From: Bacteroidaceae bacterium
GTDB taxonomy: Bacteria > Bacteroidota > Bacteroidia > Bacteroidales > Bacteroidaceae
Length of the DNA stretch: 64,000 nt
NCBI GenBank assembly: GCA_045660385.1
Contig: JAZRDT010000157.1
Location: 8,079-72,078, forward strand
Direction: 5' to 3'
Position 1 is the stretch's first letter; every line of letters starts with the position of its first letter. The notes under the pieces are model-generated. The model was not told the origin of the DNA. It searched no databases and worked only from the letters and a program-made list of their open reading frames with translations. Below, one piece after another: positions 27,479-35,189 of this stretch. The position numbers and the translations under genes were made by a program.

Positions 27479-27508
27479 AAGGTGCGCCAGACAAGTCTGA
27501 CGCACCTT
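27479..27508 (-). terminator. Terminator after the OMP gene
   Basis: aaggtgcgccag-acaagt-ctgacgcacctt (one mismatch), followed on the minus strand by TTTTG. It lies 28 nt after the stop at 27536. Confidence 0.65.
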
Positions 27509-27535
27509 ATATGCAATATCTGATAGTAGAGACGC

Positions 27536-29128
27536 TTAGAATCGGAGACCCACAGTGACGGTACCCTTCCAGAGGTTGCGGCTGACCAAGGTTGCGGGCA
27601 ACTCAGGGTCATCGAAGGGATAGAAGTTTGACGACTGCAAGCTATAGAGGAGCGACGCATCGGCATAGAACACATTGCCACGGAAACCGAGACCGAGGGT
27701 TCCGGTATTGGTGGTACTGATGTTGCGATAGGCAGTGTTGGTCTGCACTGAGTTGATGGGAATCATCTTCCATGCATCGTGCTTGTAACCGCCCGTCTGG
27801 AAGTTGTAACCAAAACGCGCATAGAAGGAGCCTGCAAACATCTTTTCTGCACCCAAGCGCAAAGTGTGCTGACCGGTAAAGTTTGCTGCAGTGTGGTCGT
27901 TCATCGTCTGGTTTACATCACCATTCTCGTAATACAACTTGGCCGCACCATAGTTGGCATACTCATACTCGGCACCCAATGCCAATGAAGTACCGACGGT
28001 ACCGCCAAGGCTGGCATTGATGCGGGCAGGAGCTATCATGGTGTAGTCGGTGTAGCAATCGCCTCCAAACGCATCGTCACTCTGTGTGTCCATAGAGAAT
28101 TTTCTTATCTCAGAATCTATGTATTCGCCATTTTCATCAAAGTTATCGAAGAGGATGGATGAATTGACGACGGCCGAATTGTAGTCGCGCAAACGATACA
28201 CGGAAGGGGTGGTAGCCGATACACCTACACGGAACGATGAGCCTTCGATAGGACGGATGATAGCGCCGAACTTGAAATCGTAACCTGTACCTGTTGTGGT
28301 GTAGTAGTTATCCAACGTGTAGTCGCCACCATTGAAATACTCGGTATAGTGTGAAACCATGTTGCGATCAACACTATAGGTGGTGAAGGTTACGCCGAAG
28401 TACACCATATCGATCAGGTTTACCGATAGGTTAAAGTCGTAGGCATTGATGCCACCGGTAATCTTCTCAGTATAGCTGTTTCTGTCAGAAGGATAGTAGC
28501 TACCTCCATTGAGTGCCGAACCATCGATGAGGCGGCCATCAGCACCAAGCAGGGTGAGCCAGCCTATATTAGGGTCATCATAGTAGCTTACCTGATAGAA
28601 ACCATCCGTACTGGCAGGATCAAAGTCGCTGGCATACACATTGCCATTACGGTAGCCCTCATAGGCCTGCCAGGCCATCTGACCCGTCTGCGAGAGTCCG
28701 TTAAGATAGGAACTCATACCCATCTTATTGCCAAAGCGTTTCACATTGCGGTAGTTAACACCGAAATTGACAAAACGTACGATGTCCTCGTTGCTCATCT
28801 TATTGGCCATGACAATACCCAAATTATCGAACGAACCATAGGAGGTGAACGAACGGTTGCCACCAGGCAATGTATTGTTAGTGACACTATTGGCTGAGGC
28901 CGACATGGACATGTCCCAACTGCGATAGAGAGCGGTACCCGCGGGGTTGGTAGCCATGGTGCTGATATCGGCACCGAGCGCACTCATAGCGCCACCCATA
29001 CCGACGTAACGGGCTGTACCATTTAGATCTGAACCGAGCAGTTCGACTGCTTCGTACGATGTCTGCGCCTGCATAACCGACAAAGCGGGAAGCAGTGCTG
29101 CCAAAAGGAATAATCTATTGCGTTTCAT
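27536..29128 (-). CDS. Outer-membrane beta-barrel protein (FadL/TodX- or PorV-like superfamily)
   Basis: Signal peptide ...SVMQAQ, N-terminal GTARYVGMGGAMSALGADISTMATNPAG motif, alternating beta-strand pattern, C-terminal ...TVGLRF (terminal Phe). Confidence 0.7.
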   Translation of the reverse strand: MKRNRLFLLAALLPALSVMQAQTSYEAVELLGSDLNGTARYVGMGGAMSALGADISTMATNPAGTALYRSWDMSMSASANSVTNNTLPGGNRSFTSYGSFDNLGIVMANKMSNEDIVRFVNFGVNYRNVKRFGNKMGMSSYLNGLSQTGQMAWQAYEGYRNGNVYASDFDPASTDGFYQVSYYDDPNIGWLTLLGADGRLIDGSALNGGSYYPSDRNSYTEKITGGINAYDFNLSVNLIDMVYFGVTFTTYSVDRNMVSHYTEYFNGGDYTLDNYYTTTGTGYDFKFGAIIRPIEGSSFRVGVSATTPSVYRLRDYNSAVVNSSILFDNFDENGEYIDSEIRKFSMDTQSDDAFGGDCYTDYTMIAPARINASLGGTVGTSLALGAEYEYANYGAAKLYYENGDVNQTMNDHTAANFTGQHTLRLGAEKMFAGSFYARFGYNFQTGGYKHDAWKMIPINSVQTNTAYRNISTTNTGTLGLGFRGNVFYADASLLYSLQSSNFYPFDDPELPATLVSRNLWKGTVTVGLRF

Positions 29129-29146
29129 AATATCTATTTTTTATAT

Positions 29147-29245
29147 GGTGAAAGAAGCTATGCTTCGGTTAAAATGCCTACGGCATGGTTAAAGTGGCAT
29201 TGCCACGGTGAAAGCTACTACGTAGCGGTTATCCTTCCAGAAGGT
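29147..29245. repeat. Array of five 20-bp units, each GGTKAAAR plus a different 4-bp/3-nt mini-palindrome
   Basis: ggtgaaag-aagc-tat-gctt-c / ggttaaaa-tgcc-tac-ggca-t / ggttaaag-tggc-att-gcca-c / ggtgaaag-ctac-tac-gtag-c / ggttat-cctt-ccag-aagg-t. Confidence 0.8.
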
Positions 29246-29283
29246 ACATTTAGTTCTAAACATTAAACATTAAACATTCATCA

Positions 29284-29358
29284 TTGACTTCGTCGAACCT
29301 CGGCTGCGCTCGCTGAGCGATTAGTAAGCAAGCTTACATCGTGCTCGCTGGCACGAGC
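29284..29358 (+). repeat. Intergenic repeat module A (second copy, inverted, at 53970-54049)
   Basis: ttgacttcgtcgaacctcggctgcgctcgctgag...gtgctcgctggcacgagc aligns by eye at ~75% with the reverse complement of 53970-54049. Confidence 0.65.
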
Positions 29359-29382
29359 TTTCAACATTCAACATTAAAATAA

Positions 29383-30828
29383 TCATCTTCTGCTTCCGCT
29401 GCTACCGCCACTGCGTGAACTGCTGCCGCCACTATAGGAACCTCCACTGCGCGAACTGCCGCCACTATAGGATGAACCTCCGCTATAGGAACTACCGCTG
29501 TATGAAGAGCTGCTACTACTATATGAGCTACTGCTACTGCTGCGCGAACTACTATAGGATGAGCTGCTACTGCTGCTGCGTGATGAGGATGACGATGAAG
29601 AATAGCTACCCGAACGGCTGCTGCTGGAAGATGAACTGCGAGTACTGCTGGGACGGTTGTAGACCGAGCCGGAAGAGCTACGCGAGGTACTCTGCGGAGT
29701 ATAGCCACTACGGGTACCTGAAGACGTACCGCGACTTACCGATGAGGTAGTTCCACTGCGACGAAGCACTTCATCGCTGCCGCTTCGACTTGACGATGAG
29801 CGTACCGCACCCGATGACTGGGTAGAACCTGAGCGGCCCGTAACAACGCGAACCGATGAACTGCGCGTGGTAGAACCACTGCCTGCGCGTGTAGCAGTTG
29901 TGCTCTGACGAGATGTAGAGGCAGCACCACGACCGACGGTATTATCGGCCTGCAGACCACGACGCGTGGAGGCGATATCGGCGTGACGGTCATTATGTAT
30001 AGGACGAGGCCCTACTGTCACCCCACCCCATCCGGGTCCAGGAAAATAACCATGGTGGTGGTGGTGATGGTGACCATAATGCCAACCAGGATAGTAATCA
30101 TAGAAATAGGGATTGTACCAGGGATCATACCATACATGACCGAAGTGGTAACCGGCATAAGTCCAATAGCCGCCCCAGTGGTATCCCCAAGAATAGTTCC
30201 AGTGGCCACCCCATCCGTAAGGGTAACCCATTATGTAGTCTGAATAGTACCAGTTGCTCGAGGTGGGAAACACATAGGCATACATGCCGTCGTCGTAGAT
30301 ATTCCACTGCCAACTGGGCCAGAGCGCACCGCCATAGACCACGTCCCAATAGAGCGGACTGCTCACAGGGATGGCATAGCGCGGATTACGGAAACGGACG
30401 ATGCGCATGGCATACTCATAATCACTGTTACTACCATCGAAGCCATTGATCCATCCCTCACCATCCTCAAGATGAGTAAGACGCAGGGTATCAGTATTCA
30501 TCAAAAGGGTATCGCCCTCTTCAGTGATGAGCACGAAGCCTTCATCATCCATGGCAAGTTCTGACACTGCATCGCCCTCCTCTGTCAAGTAAGAACCACG
30601 GCGATTATAGGCATCCTCATCAATATCAAGGCCCTTGATATTGATCGTGGTAATTGACAGCGCCTTGTCTTCGGAAACCATAGCCGCTTCCTGAGGCTCT
30701 TCCTTCGGTTCATCGACAACCTCGGCCTGCACCTTTTTCTTCTTAGGAACGAAGTAGAGGTCATCGTGCTGAGCCCATGCCGAACTGACGATGCCTGCCA
30801 TCAATGCAATTAATAATCCTCTTTTCAT
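29383..30828 (-). CDS. Secreted low-complexity protein: acidic N-domain, W/Y/G/H-rich core with a His7 run, Ser/Arg-rich tail
   Basis: Signal peptide MKRGLLIALMAGIVSSAWAQ. Core ...GWGGHWNYSWGYHWGGYWTYAGYHFGHVWYDPWYNPYFYDYYPGWHYGHHHHHHHGYFPGPGWGG. The last ~190 aa are almost only S/R/G/T/Y. Confidence 0.7.
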   Translation of the reverse strand: MKRGLLIALMAGIVSSAWAQHDDLYFVPKKKKVQAEVVDEPKEEPQEAAMVSEDKALSITTINIKGLDIDEDAYNRRGSYLTEEGDAVSELAMDDEGFVLITEEGDTLLMNTDTLRLTHLEDGEGWINGFDGSNSDYEYAMRIVRFRNPRYAIPVSSPLYWDVVYGGALWPSWQWNIYDDGMYAYVFPTSSNWYYSDYIMGYPYGWGGHWNYSWGYHWGGYWTYAGYHFGHVWYDPWYNPYFYDYYPGWHYGHHHHHHHGYFPGPGWGGVTVGPRPIHNDRHADIASTRRGLQADNTVGRGAASTSRQSTTATRAGSGSTTRSSSVRVVTGRSGSTQSSGAVRSSSSRSGSDEVLRRSGTTSSVSRGTSSGTRSGYTPQSTSRSSSGSVYNRPSSTRSSSSSSSRSGSYSSSSSSSRSSSSSSSYSSSRSSSSSSYSSSSSSYSGSSYSGGSSYSGGSSRSGGSYSGGSSSRSGGSSGSRR

Positions 30829-30959
30829 ACCTTTATTTATTATATGTTATTTTTACAACAAATTGAGTGCAAATAAGTGAATAAAACCTGTTCATTTTCA
30901 ACGAGTGCAGTCAATCCAATTATTTACGTTGCAAAGATAGGGTATATTTTTTTATCTCG

Positions 30960-30998
30960 TAGGGGGAAATTCCCTATGATTTTAGGGGAAAATCCCTA
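30960..30998. promoter_or_regulatory. Two tandem palindromic operator-like sites
   Basis: TAGGGGGAAATTCCCTA (30960-30976) and TAGGGGAAAATCCCTA (30983-30998), 23 bp centre to centre, in the divergent region between the low-complexity protein gene and prmA. Confidence 0.45.
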
Positions 30999-31006
30999 AA
31001 AATGCG

Positions 31007-31014
31007 TAATTTTG
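31007..31014 (+). promoter_or_regulatory. -7 box (TAATTTTG) for prmA
   Basis: 52 nt upstream of ATG 31066, immediately right of the twin palindromes. Confidence 0.5.
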
Positions 31015-31065
31015 TAGTGGAAACATAAAAATATCCGCAATTTCAACACTAAAAAAAGGAAAACT

Positions 31066-31908
31066 ATGCAATATCTTGAAGTCACCTTTACCGTGAACCC
31101 CGTAAGCGAAACAGCCAACGATATCATCGCAGCTTTAGCTGCCGAACTGGGATTTGAAAGTTTTGTAGAGTCAGAGCAAGGTACCATCGGCTATGTGCCC
31201 ATCAACCAATACGATGAGCAGGCGCTGAACGAAGCGCTCGCCGATTTCCCCATGCCCGACACAAAGGTGACCTTCACCACCTGCGAGATGGAGGACAAGA
31301 ACTGGAACGAGGAATGGGAAAAACACTTCTTTGAGCCCATCGTGGTGGATAGCCGTTGCGTCATACACAGCACCTTCCACAAGGACTATCCGAAGGCCGA
31401 CTTCGACATCATCATCAATCCGCAGATGGCGTTTGGAACAGGACACCATCAGACCACACGACTCATCATCAGCTACTTGCTGGATATTGAATTGAACGGA
31501 AAAACCGTACTTGACATGGGTTGCGGAACCTCGATTCTCGCCATTCTGGCATCGATGCGTGGTGCCAAAGCACTCACCGCTATCGATATCGATGAGTGGT
31601 GCGTAAATAACTCGATTGACAACCTTGCCTTGAACAACATCAGCAACATCAAGGTGTTCCAAGGTGATGCATCATCGTTGGCTTCCGAGGGCCCCTTCGA
31701 TGTGATTATTGCCAATATCAACCGTAACATCCTGCTGGCCGACATGCAATACTACGTAGCTCGCATGAATCAGGGGGGCGAAATCTATTTCAGCGGATTC
31801 TACGAAAGCGATCTGCCTATGATTCAGGCAGAGGCCGAGCGCCTCGGTTTGCGCTACATAAGCCATCGTGTAGAAAAGGATTGGACAGCCGCCCAATTTG
31901 TACTATAA
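31066..31908 (+). CDS. prmA: Ribosomal protein L11 methyltransferase
   Basis: 280 aa. PrmA N-domain, then SAM motif VLDMGCGTSILAI and ..DID.. / IIANI motifs. Confidence 0.9.
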   Translation: MQYLEVTFTVNPVSETANDIIAALAAELGFESFVESEQGTIGYVPINQYDEQALNEALADFPMPDTKVTFTTCEMEDKNWNEEWEKHFFEPIVVDSRCVIHSTFHKDYPKADFDIIINPQMAFGTGHHQTTRLIISYLLDIELNGKTVLDMGCGTSILAILASMRGAKALTAIDIDEWCVNNSIDNLALNNISNIKVFQGDASSLASEGPFDVIIANINRNILLADMQYYVARMNQGGEIYFSGFYESDLPMIQAEAERLGLRYISHRVEKDWTAAQFVL

Positions 31909-31916
31909 AAAAAAGA

Positions 31917-33143
31917 TTACCAACCCACTTCGTGCCATCCGGCATCCATATACCAGGAGGTGGCGCGGAACTTTTCGTTCAAGCCATCATAGATGCTCCT
32001 ATCTTGAGGCACATAGCATGAGACTCCACCATAATTATCGAGGTCGACATGCTGTGTATAGGCATCATTGGAGTACCACCACGCAGTGGAACGGGCATAG
32101 GGTACAGCAAGGTCAAACACCGATTTCCAACGCACATAATCGGCCTCATCGGTAATCAGACGCTGCATGTAGCCATTCATATCGTAGAACTCTGGACGCG
32201 ACTTGCTCGATAGTGGATAGTAGCGCTGAACTCCCTTCAGGTCGGTAGCCTCATCGCGCGACACATACTTAGTGACCATCCCAGCCGTAGCATTGGCCAA
32301 AGCATCGAGATGGCCGCAATCAATGACCGACAGCGACACACCGTAGCGATCGGAACCATAATCATAGACGGGCATCACACTATCATTATACATACGGTAG
32401 TACTGCTCCACAACCTCAGCGCCATCAAAAGGAACACTGAAGAAGGGTTTCACCATACGTTCATAAGGAGCACCCGGATTGGGAATTTCAGCAGGGGAGG
32501 CTATGACGTAACGAGCAACGTTGCGTAGTTCATAAGCCACCTCTACGGCTTGCATGAAACAGGCATCAAACATGATAAACTCGAAACGAGGAAAGCCAGC
32601 CAACACATCGGCGACATCGGCGATATCCATCTTTGAACCGCTATTTGAATAATTGTTGCGTTCGTTATCTATACAGATACTGCGTTGGGGAATAGCTTTA
32701 GCAGGAAGCCATGCATCGCCATGCGACCAGAAGATGAGTCCATAGGTTGACGAAGGGTAATTGTCGTATACCCACTCCATCACCGTACGGAGAGTTTCCA
32801 CATCACCCGAGTTCTGCTCTTCAGAGTACTCATATACGACACGAGAAGTAGGACGTCGGCCCGACTGCTGTTCGATAGAGAGTATGCGCGGATTAGAGGT
32901 ATCGTCAAGATAGATAAGCAAACGGCTATTCGTGGGAATGTCGCCTGCAGCCTGCAACATTTCATCAATATCCTGTTCATGAAACGCGCCATACGACAAG
33001 CTGTTTTCTGCAGCTATATAGGCCAATACCGTACGGTCATAGTTCACCTCTTCGTCGGGGTTAAACCAATGACACGATGTCACACCCAAGAGTAGCGACA
33101 TCGTGCACATACATTTACAAATAAAAGAACGGAGTGATTGCAT
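31917..33143 (-). CDS. Clostripain-like cysteine peptidase (family C11) lipoprotein
   Basis: Lipobox LLGVTSC. Catalytic dyad context LIFWSHGDAW (His) and FIMFDACFMQ (Cys), typical of C11. Confidence 0.85.
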   Translation of the reverse strand: MQSLRSFICKCMCTMSLLLGVTSCHWFNPDEEVNYDRTVLAYIAAENSLSYGAFHEQDIDEMLQAAGDIPTNSRLLIYLDDTSNPRILSIEQQSGRRPTSRVVYEYSEEQNSGDVETLRTVMEWVYDNYPSSTYGLIFWSHGDAWLPAKAIPQRSICIDNERNNYSNSGSKMDIADVADVLAGFPRFEFIMFDACFMQAVEVAYELRNVARYVIASPAEIPNPGAPYERMVKPFFSVPFDGAEVVEQYYRMYNDSVMPVYDYGSDRYGVSLSVIDCGHLDALANATAGMVTKYVSRDEATDLKGVQRYYPLSSKSRPEFYDMNGYMQRLITDEADYVRWKSVFDLAVPYARSTAWWYSNDAYTQHVDLDNYGGVSCYVPQDRSIYDGLNEKFRATSWYMDAGWHEVGW

Positions 33144-33148
33144 GCGTT

Positions 33149-33553
33149 CTATTCTTTACGGAACACAAAAGCATCAGTTCCAACCCGACGAAGCACCTTC
33201 TCCTTGTCGGACAGGTATCGCTTGCGTATCTTAACAAAACGTTTCTCCAAGTTCTTCTTATTGTCAGAGTAAACAACAGCACAGGTCTGATTATCTTCGC
33301 CCAACGTGCCCTCAAGATACATCTTAAACTGATGTGAGTAGTTTGCATAATTGAGCAGCGAACCATCCTTATTGATTACAATGCTATCAAGATACTGCAC
33401 ATCGGTTAGATAGACCACCGAATCATTGAAGTCAACAGACACGCCATACATATACACCCGCTTCGGGCCGTCCTTTTCTGCTTTAGGAGCGGCAAAGGAT
33501 GAGAGCACGAAGATACTCAGCAAACTTGCCAACAGATAATGAAATTTGTTCAT
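33149..33553 (-). CDS. Small secreted hypothetical protein co-transcribed with the C11 peptidase
   Basis: Signal peptide MNKFHYLLASLLSIFVLSSFA/AP. 134 aa. The stop lies 5 nt from the C11 start. Confidence 0.6.
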   Translation of the reverse strand: MNKFHYLLASLLSIFVLSSFAAPKAEKDGPKRVYMYGVSVDFNDSVVYLTDVQYLDSIVINKDGSLLNYANYSHQFKMYLEGTLGEDNQTCAVVYSDNKKNLEKRFVKIRKRYLSDKEKVLRRVGTDAFVFRKE

Positions 33554-33573
33554 AAGCGTGTATCTTTATTATA

Positions 33574-33757
33574 AGAATCTGTTTTAAAATTACCGTTAAT
33601 ATGTTTTGAATCTGCTTTTCGGTTTATCTGAGACTCTTTTTGGCATCTTTGCGCTCTCAATTCTTGCAAATAGACCACTATTTGCTGCGCCTTGACAACG
33701 CAAATCCACCTAAAAACACCTCTCAGCTAAACTCGAAATAATTTTAAAACAGATTCT
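33574..33757. repeat. 184-bp cassette bounded by a perfect 19-bp inverted repeat
   Basis: agaatctgttttaaaatta (33574-33592) and taattttaaaacagattct (33739-33757), which together fill the rpoD / 134-aa-gene intergenic region. Each arm carries an outward-facing TAATTTTA box. Confidence 0.7.
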
Positions 33758-33766
33758 AAAGACCTG

Positions 33767-34627
33767 TTATCCCAAGTATGACTTGAGCAGCTTACTACGT
33801 GAATTCTGACGGAGACGACGGATAGCCTTTTCCTTAATTTGACGTACACGCTCGCGTGTGAGGCCAAACTTATCACCAATCTCCTCCAGGGTCATCTCCT
33901 GAGTACCGATACCGAAGAACATCTGAAGAATCTCTTTCTCACGATCGGTGAGTGTAGAAAGCGCACGATCAATCTCTGTAGAGAGAGATTCGCTCACGAG
34001 TGAACGGTCGGCCATAGGTGAATCGTCATTCACGAGCACATCGAGCAGACTGTTGTCCTCACCCTCTACGAAGGGAGCATCTACCGAAATGTGTCGACCC
34101 GACACTTTCAAGGTATCGGCAATCTTGTCTACGGGTATATCGAGCTCGTCGGCCAACTCCTCTGCAGAGGGGCGACGTTCGTTTTCTTGCTCAAACTTAG
34201 AGAAAGCCTTGCTAATCTTGTTCAGTGAACCTACCTGGTTGAGCGGGAGACGCACGATACGTGCCTGCTCGGCCAACGCCTGAAGGATAGACTGACGAAT
34301 CCACCACACGGCATAACTGATAAACTTAAAGCCGCGGGTCTCATCAAACTTCTCTGCTGCCTTAATCAAGCCCAAGTTACCTTCGTTAATCAAGTCAGGC
34401 AAGCTAAGTCCCTGATTTTGATATTGCTTGGCCACAGAAACCACGAAACGCAAATTGGCACGTGTCAGTTTTTCCAATGCTACGCGATCGCCTTTACGTA
34501 TACGCTGGGCGAGCTCCACCTCTTCGTCTACGGTAATCAACTCTTCGCGACCAATTTCCTGCAAGTACTTATCCAACGATGCGCTCTCGCGGTTGGTAAT
34601 GCTCTTTGTAATTTTAAGCTGTCTCAT
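33767..34627 (-). CDS. rpoD: Primary RNA polymerase sigma factor (Bacteroidetes sigma-A, 286 aa)
   Basis: Regions 1.2-4.2 are recognisable: ...[32 protein letters not shown]... and ...[23 protein letters not shown]... Confidence 0.93.
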   Translation of the reverse strand: MRQLKITKSITNRESASLDKYLQEIGREELITVDEEVELAQRIRKGDRVALEKLTRANLRFVVSVAKQYQNQGLSLPDLINEGNLGLIKAAEKFDETRGFKFISYAVWWIRQSILQALAEQARIVRLPLNQVGSLNKISKAFSKFEQENERRPSAEELADELDIPVDKIADTLKVSGRHISVDAPFVEGEDNSLLDVLVNDDSPMADRSLVSESLSTEIDRALSTLTDREKEILQMFFGIGTQEMTLEEIGDKFGLTRERVRQIKEKAIRRLRQNSRSKLLKSYLG

Positions 34628-34669
34628 CGAAATAAAATACGTATTTCAGTCAATAAACCAAATTAGCTG

Positions 34670-34910
34670 CAAAGATAGTGCAAACCGAACGAAATATCAA
34701 ATTTATTTTGAATATTTCTGAGGTGCAGCCTATCTTCAAACAGCATAGCTGATTAAAATTAGTGCAAGGCGAGCGAAAAAGCAAATTTATTTGCATTTTT
34801 CCGAGCCGCAGCCTAATTAAAAGCTGTAAAGCAGATTAAAGATAGTGCAACTGACGCATGAGCGAGCAAGAGTCAAGCCTGCTTAAGGCTCTTTCGGCGA
34901 GCGAAAAGGA
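34670..34910 (-). repeat. ~84-bp degenerate tandem repeats (2 full units plus a partial one) upstream of rpoD, each starting with a -7-like box
   Basis: Units at 34670-34753, 34754-34836 and 34837-~34910. Shared core AGTGCAA..CGA.CGAAA..CAAATTTATTTG.AT.TTTC.GAG..GCAGCCTA. Boxes on the minus strand are TATCTTTG (34670-77), TAATTTTA (34754-61) and TATCTTTA (34837-44). Confidence 0.65.
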
Positions 34911-35040
34911 AGAGGACGAAGTCAGGGTGAACGAACAAAAGCACTTCCAAACAAGCCTAAGCGAGGGAAGTTCGCCCATCGTTCATCATCCCTCAGCCAA
35001 ATATTATTTCCAAAAAAGTTGTAAATCAACATAGATTAAT

Positions 35041-35048
35041 TACCTTTG
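35041..35048 (+). promoter_or_regulatory. -7 box (TACCTTTG) heading the capsule locus
   Basis: Consensus box ~140 nt upstream of the first ATG of wzx (35190), which implies a long 5' leader. Confidence 0.55.
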
Positions 35049-35189
35049 CATAGCAAAGTGGTATATAGTTGCCTATAAAAAAAGCAGTATGGCAATGCAA
35101 ACTGATCAGAAACAGGACCACACATACTTCCCGGAGCACCGAAATGACTGGATTCCTTGCACTTACATAGAATCCAAAGCCCCAGAGGA

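Noticed and set aside
29147-29245. CRISPR array
   Set aside because: The 20-bp units abut each other with no spacers, the repeat sequence itself varies, and no cas genes are in the window.
29361-30349. Alternate-frame ORFs within the Ser/Arg-rich and aromatic-rich gene (e.g. 29361-29708, 29415-29750, 29983-30243)
   Set aside because: They are low-complexity codon-repeat artefacts. Only the 29383-30828 frame has a signal peptide and spans the whole interval.
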